Notes: generated by a model not told the origin, from the letters alone. Shown: positions 12,325 through 23,895, counted from the first letter of the stretch. The stretch is DNA of 64,000 bases from Sphaerodactylus townsendi (GCF_021028975.2 NC_059429.1:98332001-98396000), one strand, 5' to 3'. Program-made: numbers and translations.

Positions 12325-14867
12325 ATTGTTTTTATTATTTCAATTATTCTTTTCTTAGCTGCCCCCTTTTTTTAGCTCATAGAGCATACATCCTGTCAGT
12401 GTTTGTGTGGAATTGGTTGTGTGGAATTTGGAAGTGAGTTCTTGTCTCCAGAGCTCAGTTGAGTTGAGCTGACCATGTTTGATTGAAAAATTACAACATA
12501 TATATATATATAGTTTTTCTCCAACAATGGGGCTGAATAATACCTTCATTTTGTCCGCGCCTGTAGAAGATGAAATTGGAATGAGAAAAAAAACCCAGCT
12601 TCATTGCTTTGAGAAAGGAGATAATTATCATTCAACAAGATGACCTGAAGAGAGAAGATTCCTACTTGTTTCAGAAAGGTGAGCAAGAGTCATGCATTTG
12701 AGCTTCCAAGGAAAAAATCTTTTTTTCTTTGACAGAAGGTTTGTAAAAGAATATTGAAACATTAGCCCTGTACTGAATGTGAGAAGAGTTTGATAGTTCA
12801 AAATGATACCATTCCAGAAACTCGAAGTCACATAACAGTCCTCGCCCATTATTTTTGTGAATGGGATCATTCTGGTGCTAAAGCAATACAAGTTTATTTT
12901 CTGGAATAGGTAATCATAGCCCATCTGCAGTAGAGAGGAACATGTAGCATTTTAGTGTGATGTATGATTTAGAGAAACCCAGACAAGGGGCAATAAAACA
13001 TCTACTTGCTGTCCTTTCTCCTCTGACGGGAGATGCTGCTTTTTTGTCTCTTAAGGCCCTAGAGCCAAAGTGCCAAAACCCAAAGAGAAGGGTGCAGCCA
13101 GTGAACTTCTGATTTGTAACTGGGAATATTATTGATGAATTGGGTTGTGGTGGGAAATGGTGAGTAAATCTTCCCCCCCCCCCCCCCCCCCACGTTATTA
13201 CTTTTGCAAACATGGGGTGACTCCCAGTCTGTAATCTAAGATATACAGATGTTCCACTGTATATGCCCCTTGTCCATTATTTTTCTATCTCTGCCTACTC
13301 TAGTCTTTGATAGTCTAATCAAGTCCTAGAACCACAGGGCAATGAACCTCAGAGGTATGAAGAGGTCTGGATTATGTTCAGGTAACAAGAAGCATTGTTT
13401 TATGTTTGTTTTCTCCAGTCAACCTTACCATAGTTTCATTTTCTGTAAGTTGTCTCCTAACTAACTGTGCTCCCTGCTTAACTAAAAATTGCTGCAATAA
13501 AGCTGTTTTAGAAACCAAAGTGTCTGGTCCTTGGAGGAAAGGAATCCCTTTAGAATGAATTACATCAGCCCACTTACACCCAGAAGTAACTCAGGCTATG
13601 TAAAGACATGAGCAGTGGGGAGGGAAGCACTAGGGCTGGGAAGAGTAAACTCAAAATCCTTTCTCATGCACATAACTCCAGCTGAGGTGGACCAAAGATT
13701 GTGGCTTGGATCTAGTGATACACAAGTGGAAACATAAATGGACTTAGCTAGTTTCAAATCCAGTTGTACTGTAGAGACCAGCAAGGTTTTTGGGGTATAA
13801 ACCTTCAAGAGTCAAAGATCCCGTCTTCAAATATGAGTTGGAGTGGAGATATCTGAATCCTTATATCCCAACCAGAAGATGGGCTGTGTGGACTACAATC
13901 TGTTTTACTGCAGATTAACATGGCTACCCTTTGAATTGACTTAATATAGTTATGCTTGTGCAAGAATGTGTGCAACACTTAGTACTTTCTTCCCTGTGTA
14001 TTATAGTGGCCAGGAACTGGTTTCACAAGGTCTTGCATAAGCAGAGATGCAATTAGGAATATAAGTCTGACGGTACAAATGGCTACTGCAGTCTTTTTGT
14101 TCCATTTTTTTTCTTATACAAGAGTTGCACATAATTGGAAACTTTACACTACATCCAACTGTATCACTTTCAATATTATACTATGAAAATTCCAGTAACT
14201 GGAATTTCTTGAGCAGTGGCCTTTTTCTGGTTTTTATCCAGTTTGGATAGAAGGAGCCAAATTGGATAAAGTTCTCCCCATGAATCCAATCTCCTTGGGA
14301 AATTAGTGCAAGTGCCAAGCTTGGCAGCGGCATGCGAATAATAACTGTGATAAATACCATTACTTTTGACTTATCCCACGTTACTGCTTCAGAAAAACAA
14401 TCTTAGGAGCTTATGTTCATTAAGAATCAGAGAAGCATCAATAGTAAAACAAGAACCCAGGTAAAATCTCAATCAATTATAAATACACCAGCGCAAAATT
14501 AAAAATTTACTGCTATCAAAACACCTCCATAACAAGTTTTCCAGTAGCAAATCCAGAAGCAATCTTGAACTGCCAACTGTTAGAGAAGCTGCAACTGTGA
14601 CCAGGCCAGCTTGTAGAAATGTTTCTGAACTGGTTTTCCTTCTGATCCGTAATAGTTCTATCTTATCTGATTTAACTTTATTGTTGTTGTTTATTGGATT
14701 CAATATGATGCCCCTCGCCTTTTTAGTTTCACTTTCAGAGATTGAACCGGAGATGCTGGGAGAGCAGTGAATGGATCCTTGTCAGAATTATTTAAAGACA
14801 GATGGTTGTGTAAGGGACCTGATTTTGATCAGAAGGGTGGGAAGGGTGCTTTACAAAAGAGAGTCAG

Positions 14868-15160
14868 AAGTGGCGTAGTGATTAAGAGCAAGTGCATTCT
14901 AATCTGGAGGAACTGGGTTTGATTCCCCGCTCTGCCACTTGAGCTGTGGAGGCTTATCTGGGGAATTCAGATTAGCCTGTGCACTCCCACACATGCCAGC
15001 TGGGTGACCTTGGGCTAGTCACAGCTTTTTGGAGCTCTCTCAGCCCCACCCACCTCACAGGGTGTTTGTTGTGAGGGGGGAAGGGCAAGGAGGTTGTAAG
15101 CCCCTTTGAGTCTCCTACAGGAGAGAAAGGGGGATATAAATCCAAACTCTTCTTCTTCTC
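14868..15160 (+). mobile_element. tRNA-derived SINE, near full length
   Basis: A box (tggcgtagtgatt), B box (gggtttgattcccc), CORE-like gtgaccttgggctagtcac, and a (CTT)n tail. Confidence 0.85.
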
Positions 15161-15235
15161 TTCTTTATGTCTGACAGTCAAGGTTGAGTACAGAGATACT
15201 TGTATTGCAGTACGCCTTGGAAGGGAAGAAATTCT

Positions 15236-15325
15236 CAGTGTGATCCTAAGCAGGTGCACTCAGAATCATACTGAAGTCTATTCAGTGGGGCTTACTCCTA
15301 GGAAAGTGTTCTTAGGATTGTACTG
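15236..15325. mobile_element. Tiny palindromic MITE
   Basis: Imperfect inverted termini CAGTGTGATCCTAAG / CTTAGGATTGTACTG. Confidence 0.5.
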
Positions 15326-16169
15326 CCTGTCTCGATCTCCCTTCCAGGGCTAATGACAGAATGAATGGCAGTAGTTGTTTTGATGAGCAAATACACAAGA
15401 AAGAGGTACAAAAGATTATACCCCCTCCCTGCCACCCAAACTGAATCAGGGTTTGTAGTGAGCCTGTTTCCTATTAAAAATTCAGGGAATCATCCCAAGT
15501 GATGTATTTCCTGATATGTGGTTTGCCTCTCACCAAAAATCAAACAATGCAAACTTATTCTGGATGCCTCTTGTCATGGCACTTGTTGATCCAGTCTTCT
15601 CATACCCAGACAACAAAACTGGGAGCGTTGATGTATCCAGTTTTGTCTGAAAGTTTCATTCAAAATTATTTGCTTTTATGTCTAAACTCGCTTGTAATAC
15701 ATGTACTATTTTGAATGTGCCATTGAAACATACAATTTTGAGTTTTTGCTTTTTACAAGAATGTCAAGCAATGTGTCAGAAGCTCTGATGTTTTTGACTC
15801 TCACCATGGCCTCTTGTGGGTGTCTTAAAGAAGTCTAATGGCACCTTAAAGACTAACAACATTTTTATTCCACTTTTGGAAATCTAAGTGACTTCCTCAG
15901 ATACAATGGAAAGAAAGAAAATTTGTCTGCCTTGTTTTAATGTTTCAGAAGGGGAGGGGTTGCACAGATGCCTGGCACTCTCTGTTCTAGGCACTCTTGG
16001 GCAGTGAAAATAAAAGTTCAAGGAAGAAGGTAAATTAATTAAGAAAGAGGTGGTTTGAAGCATGAATTATCTGACATCAGTAAAGAGATATGGTACAATA
16101 TTTTAAGAATGGTGAGGAGACATGGTTGCCATGATCCTCTGTGAGTCTTTCAATTTTTTCAGAATTCTG

Positions 16170-17325
16170 GTACAAACTATGGCTGGCAGTGATTATATGC
16201 TCTTTGCATTCTGCTTGTTTACCGACCATCTAGTTCCCTTGTGGGCATCCTCTCTGAGTTGGCAGAAGAGATCTCAGTTGTGGCAATGAAGATACTTGAA
16301 CTCATTGTTCTAGGTGATTTCAACATTTATGCTGACTGCTTCTCTCTATGGCTGGCTTTTTATAGCTTCTCTGACTGCCTGGGTCCTCTTTTAATAGATG
16401 AAAAAAGCCACACTGCACTTAACCTTTTTGTACTGAGCCTCTGAGGGAAGGTTTTGCTTCTGGATTACAGGTTATGCTGGAACCATTGTCTGGCCGTCAC
16501 CTACTGAAGGCAAGAATGAAAATGGCATCAACACCCTACAAATAGCGGGTCAGTTAAAATGGTCCCCGTGCAGAAGCTTATGGATTTTCTGGATTCCAAA
16601 ATTCTTTGGGATCCCTTTGGGAGCCCTGTTGAGGCTGCAGTGGGAGCTTGGAATATGAAGCTCCTTGAAACTATTGATGAGATTGCTTCTTATCAACCTC
16701 TCCTGCCCTGGGGGAGATAGCCAGCCATGTTGTTTACTGAGGTGCTGGGAGACCTAAAAGGGGCTGGAAGACGTCTGGAAAGACACTGGTGGAAAACTCA
16801 CACTGAATCCAGCAGAGTGTGCTACAGAGCCCACTGGAAAACGTATGAAATGGCAGCGATTGCAGCAAAGAAATGCATCTTATCATATTAGCTACCCTCC
16901 CAGCTGTTCAGAGTATCTTGTTACCTGCTGACTCCTAAATCTGACCCTTTCCTATTTCTGGAACTGACAATTAGCTATGACACCTTTGCTGCGTTCTTTG
17001 CTGATAAAATAAGGCAACGGCACTGTGACCTGGGTGCTGCCTATAAGACAGGCCTAGCGGAAGGAACGCTTAATACGTTGTCTTGCTTGCTTCTGACCAT
17101 GTTGTCCCAGTTGCTATGACGGATACTGACAAGATCATTAAATCTGTGAAGGCCACCCCATGTACACTGGACCCTTGCCATCCTGGCTTCTAAAATGTAA
17201 GAACCACATAAATGAGCCCTTGACTACACTCATTAATCAGTCACTAACCCAGGGCACCTTCCCTCTGTTACTGAAACTGGTTATCCATCCACTACTTAGA
17301 CCGTCCTTAGACAAAAATGATGTCT
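16170..17325 (+). mobile_element. Old L2-type LINE ORF2 fragment (endonuclease to pre-RT region)
   Basis: Decayed motifs LIVLGDFNIYAD, CTLDPC.SWLL, INQSLTQGTFP and IHPLL, broken by stops and frameshifts. Confidence 0.75.
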
Positions 17326-17779
17326 GAAGATTTAAGCTCTTGCATTCAAAGCAAATGCTTTGCCAGCTGTGGCCTCCTCCCCTTTCTTCCCAACTTGTGT
17401 ATGCAGAATTCATGCACCCAAGTCAATAAACTGAATCTGTACATTTAATAGTCATTAAAAAAAATTAAAATGTGTTCCAGCTAGTTGCTGACAATATTAC
17501 TACACGTTAAGAATTGCACAGTTTTGTACATTAATTAAAAGCTTCTTTCACATACATGATTAACAGTATTCAGTCATATTCCTTCATTATTTTCATATAA
17601 AATACACAACATGTCATATTTGCACTTCTTGCATTTTAGGCTCAATCCTAAAAACTGTTACATTTGCCAGGCTAGTGAAAAGGACACTTTCAGGCATCTC
17701 TTGGTTAGGACTTGCTAGTAGGGCAGATGTCAAAATTCCTGAGTTACTGAGAGTAAGAACACATCCTATTAATCGTTTC

Positions 17780-17884
17780 TCACAAGTTTCCTGAGATTGG
17801 CTGTCGTGGTTCATCAGTAAACTGTGGATTTGTACAGTTAAGACTGTATCCATCCAGCTGCACTACTACATGCAAGGTAATTTT
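17780..17884 (-). CDS. DRAM2: DRAM2 terminal coding exon
   Basis: Acceptor ttttttaactgcAG|; KITLHVVVQLDGYSLNCTNPQFTDEPRQPISGNL*. Similar in start and length to the human KISLRVEANL... tail. Confidence 0.85.
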   Translation of the reverse strand, partial: KITLHVVVQLDGYSLNCTNPQFTDEPRQPISGNL

Positions 17885-18185
17885 CTGCAGTTAAAAAAAC
17901 AAGGAGAAATGAAGAAAGAAAAATTAATTCTCACTCGGAGGAGGAAGGCATTTGGTAGACTTGGGTGATTTTCACTGGCTGCCCAGGAAGGCAGGACTAA
18001 ACTTTCCACTTCTTGTTCTCCAGGTGGGAACTTGTAGACCAGCTTAGGTTCTGGCTTGCTAAGGACAGCAGCTGAGAGAAGGCCAGTGTGGTTCAGTGGC
18101 TAAGAGTGGCAGACTTTAATTTGAAGGACTGGATTTGTTTCCCCATTCCTCCACATGAAGCCTGGGATGGTCACAGTTTTCACAT

Positions 18186-18511
18186 GGCCAAACTAGATGT
18201 GACTTGAATTCATAGGTCTGGCCACAGGACACTTCTACCATTTTAAATAGATTTTAAGAAGCTGTGGGGGCTCAATCAGATCAGGCCGGAAGTACTGGCA
18301 GTCGAGGTCCTCTTCTTGTGTCTCACGCATCATGCCTTTTCAAGTGCTGAAATAGCTGTGCCAGTATACAGCTGTTTTGACATTTGAAAAAGTACTAGGA
18401 GGGTGGGTTAGCCCACTGTGCTGGAGGCCTCAACAGCATGTTTAAATCTCTTTGAAATGGCAGTAGTGTCTATGGGTCTGACCCATGGATGCTGTCACAT
18501 CTAGTCTGGCC
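18186..18511. mobile_element. Fold-back Harbinger-like MITE, adjacent to or inserted in a SINE head (from about 18085)
   Basis: TIRs GGCCAAACTAGATGTGAC / GTCACATCTAGTCTGGCC with long imperfect internal arms. Confidence 0.7.
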
Positions 18512-18605
18512 CACAGACACTGAAGGGGAACTGTGAAATAGCAAGCATGTTGGGATTCAAGACATTATTATTGCCACAAAAATGCAGATTTAAAAAACCA
18601 TGATA

Positions 18606-18716
18606 TGTTACACTTGGGGCCTCTAAAAATTTTCCACAGATTTAGAATTCACTTGATTTAGAATTCACTTGTTACACTTGAGGCCTCTAAAAATTTTCCA
18701 CAGATTTAGAATTCAA
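18606..18716. repeat. Local tandem duplication of about 47 bp with a partial third copy as spacer
   Basis: tgttacacttgRggcctctaaaaattttccacagatttagaattca occurs twice, separated by a repeat of gatttagaattcact. Confidence 0.85.
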
Positions 18717-18846
18717 ATGAAACCTGATGCATCTTCTGGTAATGCCATAGGAATAATTAACCTCTGACCCCCTCCCCCCAATTAGTGTCTCTCTAGCCCC
18801 AAGTCTCTTAATTTAAAATATATTTAACTAAGAAGCACTAATTTAC

Positions 18847-18939
18847 CTGGAAGTCACGGATGTAAGTAAGAAAAAAACCAAGGAAAGAGAAAGCCAAAGA
18901 CCACTCAGAGACTGTGCTTGTCATGTGAATACTGTATCC
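18847..18939 (-). CDS. DRAM2: DRAM2 coding exon 6
   Basis: [31 protein letters not shown]; 93 nt; phase 0-0. Confidence 0.95.
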
Positions 18940-19312
18940 CTGTAAAGAACAGAATAAAGAGTGTATGGAGTGTTTTTCAGTGGTGACACTCTTTGTTCTA
19001 TATTTCAACGTGGAATTTGTTGTTCAGTTGACAACTTCACCGAAAAACAAAAAACATGTAGGAAGTTTGGGATTTCTATAAGATACCTCTGAAAAGATCA
19101 TTAATATCACTGAAGGGAACAATCAGTACAGCCGGCACTGAATAGTGAGCTAACAAAGGAGGATTCTTTTTCTCTCCTGCCCATTTTCTGCCAGTGGTTC
19201 TCAGATAATCATAATGACTGTATTTAATGGAGTAATTTAGGGCTTGGTTCTGAAAAATCTTTTCATGCTATTAAGTTCTTTTGCAGAGAACCCTGTGTTT
19301 CAAATAGAAGTA

Positions 19313-19358
19313 TTTTGATTTAATAGAGGTACTTTTGATTTAATAGAGGTACTTTTGA
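19313..19358. repeat. 20-bp tandem repeat (about 2.3 copies)
   Basis: (ttttgatttaatagaggtac)x2 followed by ttttgat. Confidence 0.85.
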
Positions 19359-19424
19359 TATATATAAATTGGGCCAACGTAATTATTTTCTTGCTGAAAC
19401 GGTGACTGCCAGTTTTTATTAAAA

Positions 19425-19550
19425 ATCCTCTGAAGTTGCCAGCCACAGATGCAAGCAAAATGTCAGGAGAAAGTGCTACTGGAACACGGCCATACAGCTG
19501 AGAAACCACACAACATCCCAGTGATTCCGGCCATGAAAGCCTTCGATAAT
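19425..19550 (+). mobile_element. Penelope-like element terminal fragment with decayed hammerhead motif
   Basis: tcctctgaag..gccagccacagatgca..aaaatgtcagga...gtgattccggccatgaaagccttcga; sister copy at 34914-35083. Confidence 0.7.
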
Positions 19551-19925
19551 TTAAGAAACTACTCTCCACACCCCCCCCCCCCCCCCGCCCGACTGCCTCA
19601 GGTCATAGATTTCAATGCTTTGATTTTGATTTAATTTTTTCATAGGAGAAAAACCCATTCAAGGATGTTAATAGGCTGGCAGACACTCATGCGGGACAAA
19701 TGTCATGATTCTCCCTTGGATTAAAGACACTCCACTATTCTTTCATTCACAAGAATGAAACCAGCTATGGCCTTCATCTCTGTTCTTGAGATATCTTGCC
19801 TTCCTTTTCAGTGTCTTTGAAAACTGCTGTTGGTAGCTTTTGGGAATGCAATAAAACACTTGCAGATAACAAATCTATTCTTTGTTTTCTCTTGATTCAT
19901 GTTTGCTCATAGCAATCCAACTTAC

Positions 19926-20008
19926 TTTCTCGTTGGAGTTCCAGTGCAGCTTCTGTATTAAATCCACTCCATACCAGCCACTATATAAAATGACTGAAGA
20001 AATAAACA
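19926..20008 (-). CDS. DRAM2: DRAM2 coding exon 5
   Basis: (M)FISSVILYSGWYGVDLIQKLHWNSNEK; 83 nt; donor AAA|GTAAG. Confidence 0.93.
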
Positions 20009-21234
20009 CTTTTTAAAAGGTTAAGGAATATCTCAGTCACACGGGGAGTTCTCGCATCTTATGTCACTTCCATACTAGTGCATTGGGATATCATTTATAC
20101 ACTCAGTTTAATGGCAATGCAAATGGCATCCTGGCTACCTCACTGCATTCCTTGTTGTCTTCCCATCGTTTTTCACCACCCAGCTTTTGGAGGTTTCTTT
20201 TAACTTGGTGTAATTGCATGTGAGGCCAGAAAAAATACAAGCCTTTCCACATTTCTTTCAGAATAAATCACACTGGCCGTTTCTGCACGGGCAATTCATG
20301 GCGGCCTGGAGACGGTAAAAACACCGTCTCCAGGCCGCCATTCGCACGGGGGGCGCAGCTGCAACGCAGCCGCGCCGCCCTCGTGCCGCCCGGCCGGCCT
20401 GAAGGCGGCGTTTCCCCAGAGCGCTTCCCAGCGCTCTTTTTGGGGAAACGCCGCTGCATGAAGCCGCTTGCCGAAGCGAACGGCAGCTGCTTCATGCCTC
20501 CCCCACCTCGGCACTCATTCTCGGTTGGCGTTAGTCGCCGAGGTTTGGGGATACGCCTGGCTCCTGCGCCGCTTCGCTTCAGGCGCCAGGGCCAGGCGCG
20601 ACCCCAGGCTCCTCGGCGACGCGCCGGAGGCCCGGGACAGGCCGGGTCGGCTGGCGCTTACATGCTCCGCCGCCGGCTGCTCCGAAGTTGTTTTCAAGCG
20701 ACCGCCCCATGCGGACGGTCCTTAGCGCTCTTCAGGTCGGCGCGCGAATCGCGCTGACTCGCCGCTTTCCGCCAGCCAAAGGAAACGGCCACTGTGAGTT
20801 TATTCCAAGTAAGCATGCATAAGAATGGGCTGCACAGCTGTAACCATTATTTAAGCAATTTTAAATCAATAGGTTTAGGTAAGCCTAATTCTTCACAGGA
20901 TCAGGCTGCATGGCTACAATCCTTACTTTGGGAACCTCCCAATGAAATTGGACCTACTACTGTGTACAATAAATGCAGATAGGACTGGACTGCAGTCTTA
21001 TACACAAATTCCACTGAACTCAAGATTTGTTTATTTCTGATGGGACTTCACATGCATAATAGGAATGAAGTGCATAGCTCTATATTTAATAGCTAGTGAA
21101 GTATACACATTCTGTGGTATTTTGCTTGGTAACTGGCAATTCTTAGTCATTGTTTCTTCTAATATAAATGATGCTTTAATGGAAAGGCATAGGCTATGTT
21201 CACTGTTTCAGTTTTATTTCACAACAAAGGATAC
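20009..21234 (-). other. DRAM2: U12-type (minor spliceosome) GT-AG intron of DRAM2
   Basis: 5' splice site GTATCCTTTG. Branch site TTCCTTAAC (20028-20020) lies about 10 nt before the AG, with no real polypyrimidine tract. Confidence 0.92.
20275..20790. mobile_element. GC-rich non-autonomous PIF/Harbinger-type DNA transposon (516 bp)
   Basis: TIR GGCCGTTTC...GAAACGGCC, 3-bp TSD ACT/ACT, intact CpGs and several internal hairpins. Confidence 0.8.
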
Positions 21235-21406
21235 TACTCACTATGCTGGCTGCACACCACAACAGAACCACCAATCTGATCCTGAAGACACTCTTTTTTG
21301 TGAGTTGCATCTTATAGGAAAGAATGGTCTGAACGATCATGTAAAAGGTTCCTACTCCAAATGTGAGACAAGCTCCAACTACATGCATGACAATCAGAGT
21401 GCTTTT
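21235..21406 (-). CDS. DRAM2: DRAM2 coding exon 4
   Basis: KSTLIVMHVVGACLTFGVGTFYMIVQTILSYKMQLTKKSVFRIRLVVLLWCAASIVS; 172 nt; ends at a U12-type donor GTATCCTTT. Confidence 0.93.
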
Positions 21407-21689
21407 CTAGAGGAAAAGACAACAGCGGATTTCACATTAGATGGAGATACCTGATAAGTATGGTCACCAATTTGAACTGAACCTTTGAATAGGAGACTTC
21501 CCAAGGAGAATTCACATTGGTCAAAAATTTTATCTGATGTTAGATGGTTTTCTCAATAAACCTTTATAAGTTTCTGTAAGACTGCTTTTTCAGATGAAGC
21601 ATACCACCCTCCTCCCGCACAATGCAGGAAATAAACAACTACCCCACCCCCTTGACCCCTGCTGCATACCCAGAAGATGGGCAGAAAAC

Positions 21690-21975
21690 CTCTAGGATCC
21701 TTGGACAATATGGCCTGAAGGAAACTGCCTCTTGTCTACAAAGTGGCAATCAGAATTGCACTGGGCATATAAGAACGGGCCACGAGAACCAAGCAGACTT
21801 CTCCTTTCCTGCTTTCCCTCTCATGATTTGTCTAAGTCCATAGAATCGGCATTACTGCAAACTCTATCTAGCCTCTGATTAAAAGCCTCCAAAGAAGGAG
21901 AGCCCACCACCACCCAAGGAAGTCTGGTCCAATGAGGAACTGCTCTAGCTGTTAGGAGGTTCTCCTAATGTTTAG
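21690..21975 (-). mobile_element. CR1 LINE 3' fragment
   Basis: aaagcctccaaagaaggagagcccaccacc...ccaatgaggaactgctct...gttaggaggttctcctaatgttt is the reverse complement of the CR1 type seen at 11715. Confidence 0.65.
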
Positions 21976-23299
21976 CATTTCACATTGCATTTTTGCTATG
22001 CCGCTGCAGTCCTAATTCAGGCTGTAGCTGAACTTTGCAGAAAAGCTCATCTCAATTATCTGGGATTGCAGAGCTTGCAGTAGATGAGCCAGGACAAATC
22101 TTATTGCAGTTACTTTTCCCTAAAGTTTGCTTGGGAGGTGCAAATGCTGTGGGCATCCAGTTGAAGGTGAACCTGATGTCCACAGAACGAGTGCCCAGCC
22201 ATCCAAACTTTAGCAAAGTTGGCTGGTTCCTTTCAGGAGACTCACACCAGCAGCCATGCAGGAAATTAGTGCCCCTGCCCAGAACAATCCACCCCAGAGG
22301 TCCCCCCCAAATCTCCAGCACAGAGCCAGCCAGGCATACCAGCAAGCCCCATTGAAGTCTATGGTGGGAAAAGTTAATTAATTTTTCCCACCATAGAACT
22401 TGCTGAAGAGCTTAGCAGATTCTGTGCTCTGCAGTGGCTGCATTATACCCTATGGGGAATTTTTGTGCAGGCTGCACATTTTTGAAGATAGAGGCTTCTT
22501 CTAGGGGGGTTGAGAGAGTTCTGAGAGAACTCAGCCAGCTGGCTTCATGTGTAGGAGAGGGGAAACAAAATAAGCCTTTTTGGGGCCCATAAAATTGAAC
22601 CCCCAGAAGCAAAGTTCACCAAGCCTGGATGCTATTACCAGGAGGCCCTTCTGGAGCCACCTTCAACGTCTGGTGCCTCCAAAAAAATGTGCAGCCTGCA
22701 TAGAAATTCCTCATTGGGTACAATGGTGCCAAGGCACTGGAGAGCAGAGAATCTTGGACAATTTATTGGGGTGCCTGTCAGGGGCGCATTTTTAAAGCTA
22801 GTGGCACTAAAATTTCAGGGTATTATCTGGAGGCTGTACTGATGATAGCACCTGAGTTTGGTGAAGTGTGGTTCAGGGGCCCCAAAGTTATGGACCCTCA
22901 AAAGGGTAGTCCCCATCCCAAACTTGGTTGGTATCATCAGGTCAGTCTCCGGATGATACCCTGAAATTGTGGTGCTGCTAGCTTTAAAAATGCTCCCCTT
23001 GCAGACACAAACGCAAAAACCATCAAAACAATTTTTAAAAAATCAGACGGATTTTTCGGGTATACCCAGATACTCAAATATATCCAAATATGTTATTTGT
23101 CTTATTTGGGCATACAGATAATTTAATGCCCCAATAAATCAGAATCCAAGTTTTCTAGGGTATTGACCAAGCCTAATAATTACTGTCCTCCATAGCAGAA
23201 ACCAACCAATCTTCAGCTTCTCACTGGAAAAAGATGTGCTTGTGATTAGCACATGTCGCCCTGTAATTCCCAGAATATTATTATAAATGAAAGACAAAC

Positions 23300-23439
23300 C
23301 TGGAAGTTTGCAATGACGCAAAGCCCAAAGCAACTGACCATTCCTAACACCAAGCCAGCTTTATTTAACTTGAGGATTGCAGCTTCTTCAAGATTCAAAT
23401 AAAAGACTTGCTTGTATCGGACATACATGGTAGCAATGC
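23300..23439 (-). CDS. DRAM2: DRAM2 coding exon 3
   Basis: [46 protein letters not shown]; 140 nt; AG/GT boundaries in phase. Confidence 0.95.
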
Positions 23440-23827
23440 CTGTAAATAAACAAGCCAAATGCATTAAGGATGGAATATAAGGATATTCCTTTAGGATCAA
23501 AATATAGCAGAAGCTAACAGCAGTATTGTTGCCAAAGAAAAGCAGCCAATCAAGTACCCAGAACTCAATTAAAAGAATGCAGAAATGAAGGCTGTAACCT
23601 GAGATAATGGTAATATTTTAGTACATATAGTATTGTAATATTTTTCCATAATACGACTCAATAGGATTATTCATGGAGTGATAAATAATCAAACACATGT
23701 GGTTGGCTGAATTTTCTAGTACAATCCTCAAGCTCCACCAACAACCAAGGCTGGGTTCTAAGTAGCTATCCTATACCTATAGCCCAATTTATAGCCACCT
23801 TTTAGAAGCCCATTTTTCAGTACTTAC

Positions 23828-23895
23828 CCAAAAGAGCAGAAACGTTTAACATAATCCCAAACAAACATCTTTCAGGAGGTACTGTCCCTGTATCA
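23828..23895 (-). CDS. DRAM2: DRAM2 coding exon 2
   Basis: (S)DTGTVPPERCLFGIMLNVSALL(G). Acceptor ttttctttcAG|, donor G|GTAAGT, 68 nt. Not in the ORF track. Confidence 0.95.

Noticed and set aside
12940-13565. Possible solo LTR (AATAAA then ...TTACA end); a similar pattern occurs at about 5595-5768
   Set aside because: No partner LTR, PBS/PPT or clear TSD could be verified by eye.
14870-14940. tRNA-like A and B boxes
   Set aside because: This is the head of a multi-copy SINE; it has no cloverleaf.
20268-20757. Stack of Arg/Ala/Pro-rich ORFs and an apparent intragenic CpG-island promoter (likewise 55121-55620)
   Set aside because: Explained by GC-rich transposon insertions with TIRs and TSDs.
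22050-23160. Repeat-like block with recurring cccata/accaa/tttggtgaag motifs
   Set aside because: Probably an old DNA-transposon remnant, but its termini and family could not be supported.
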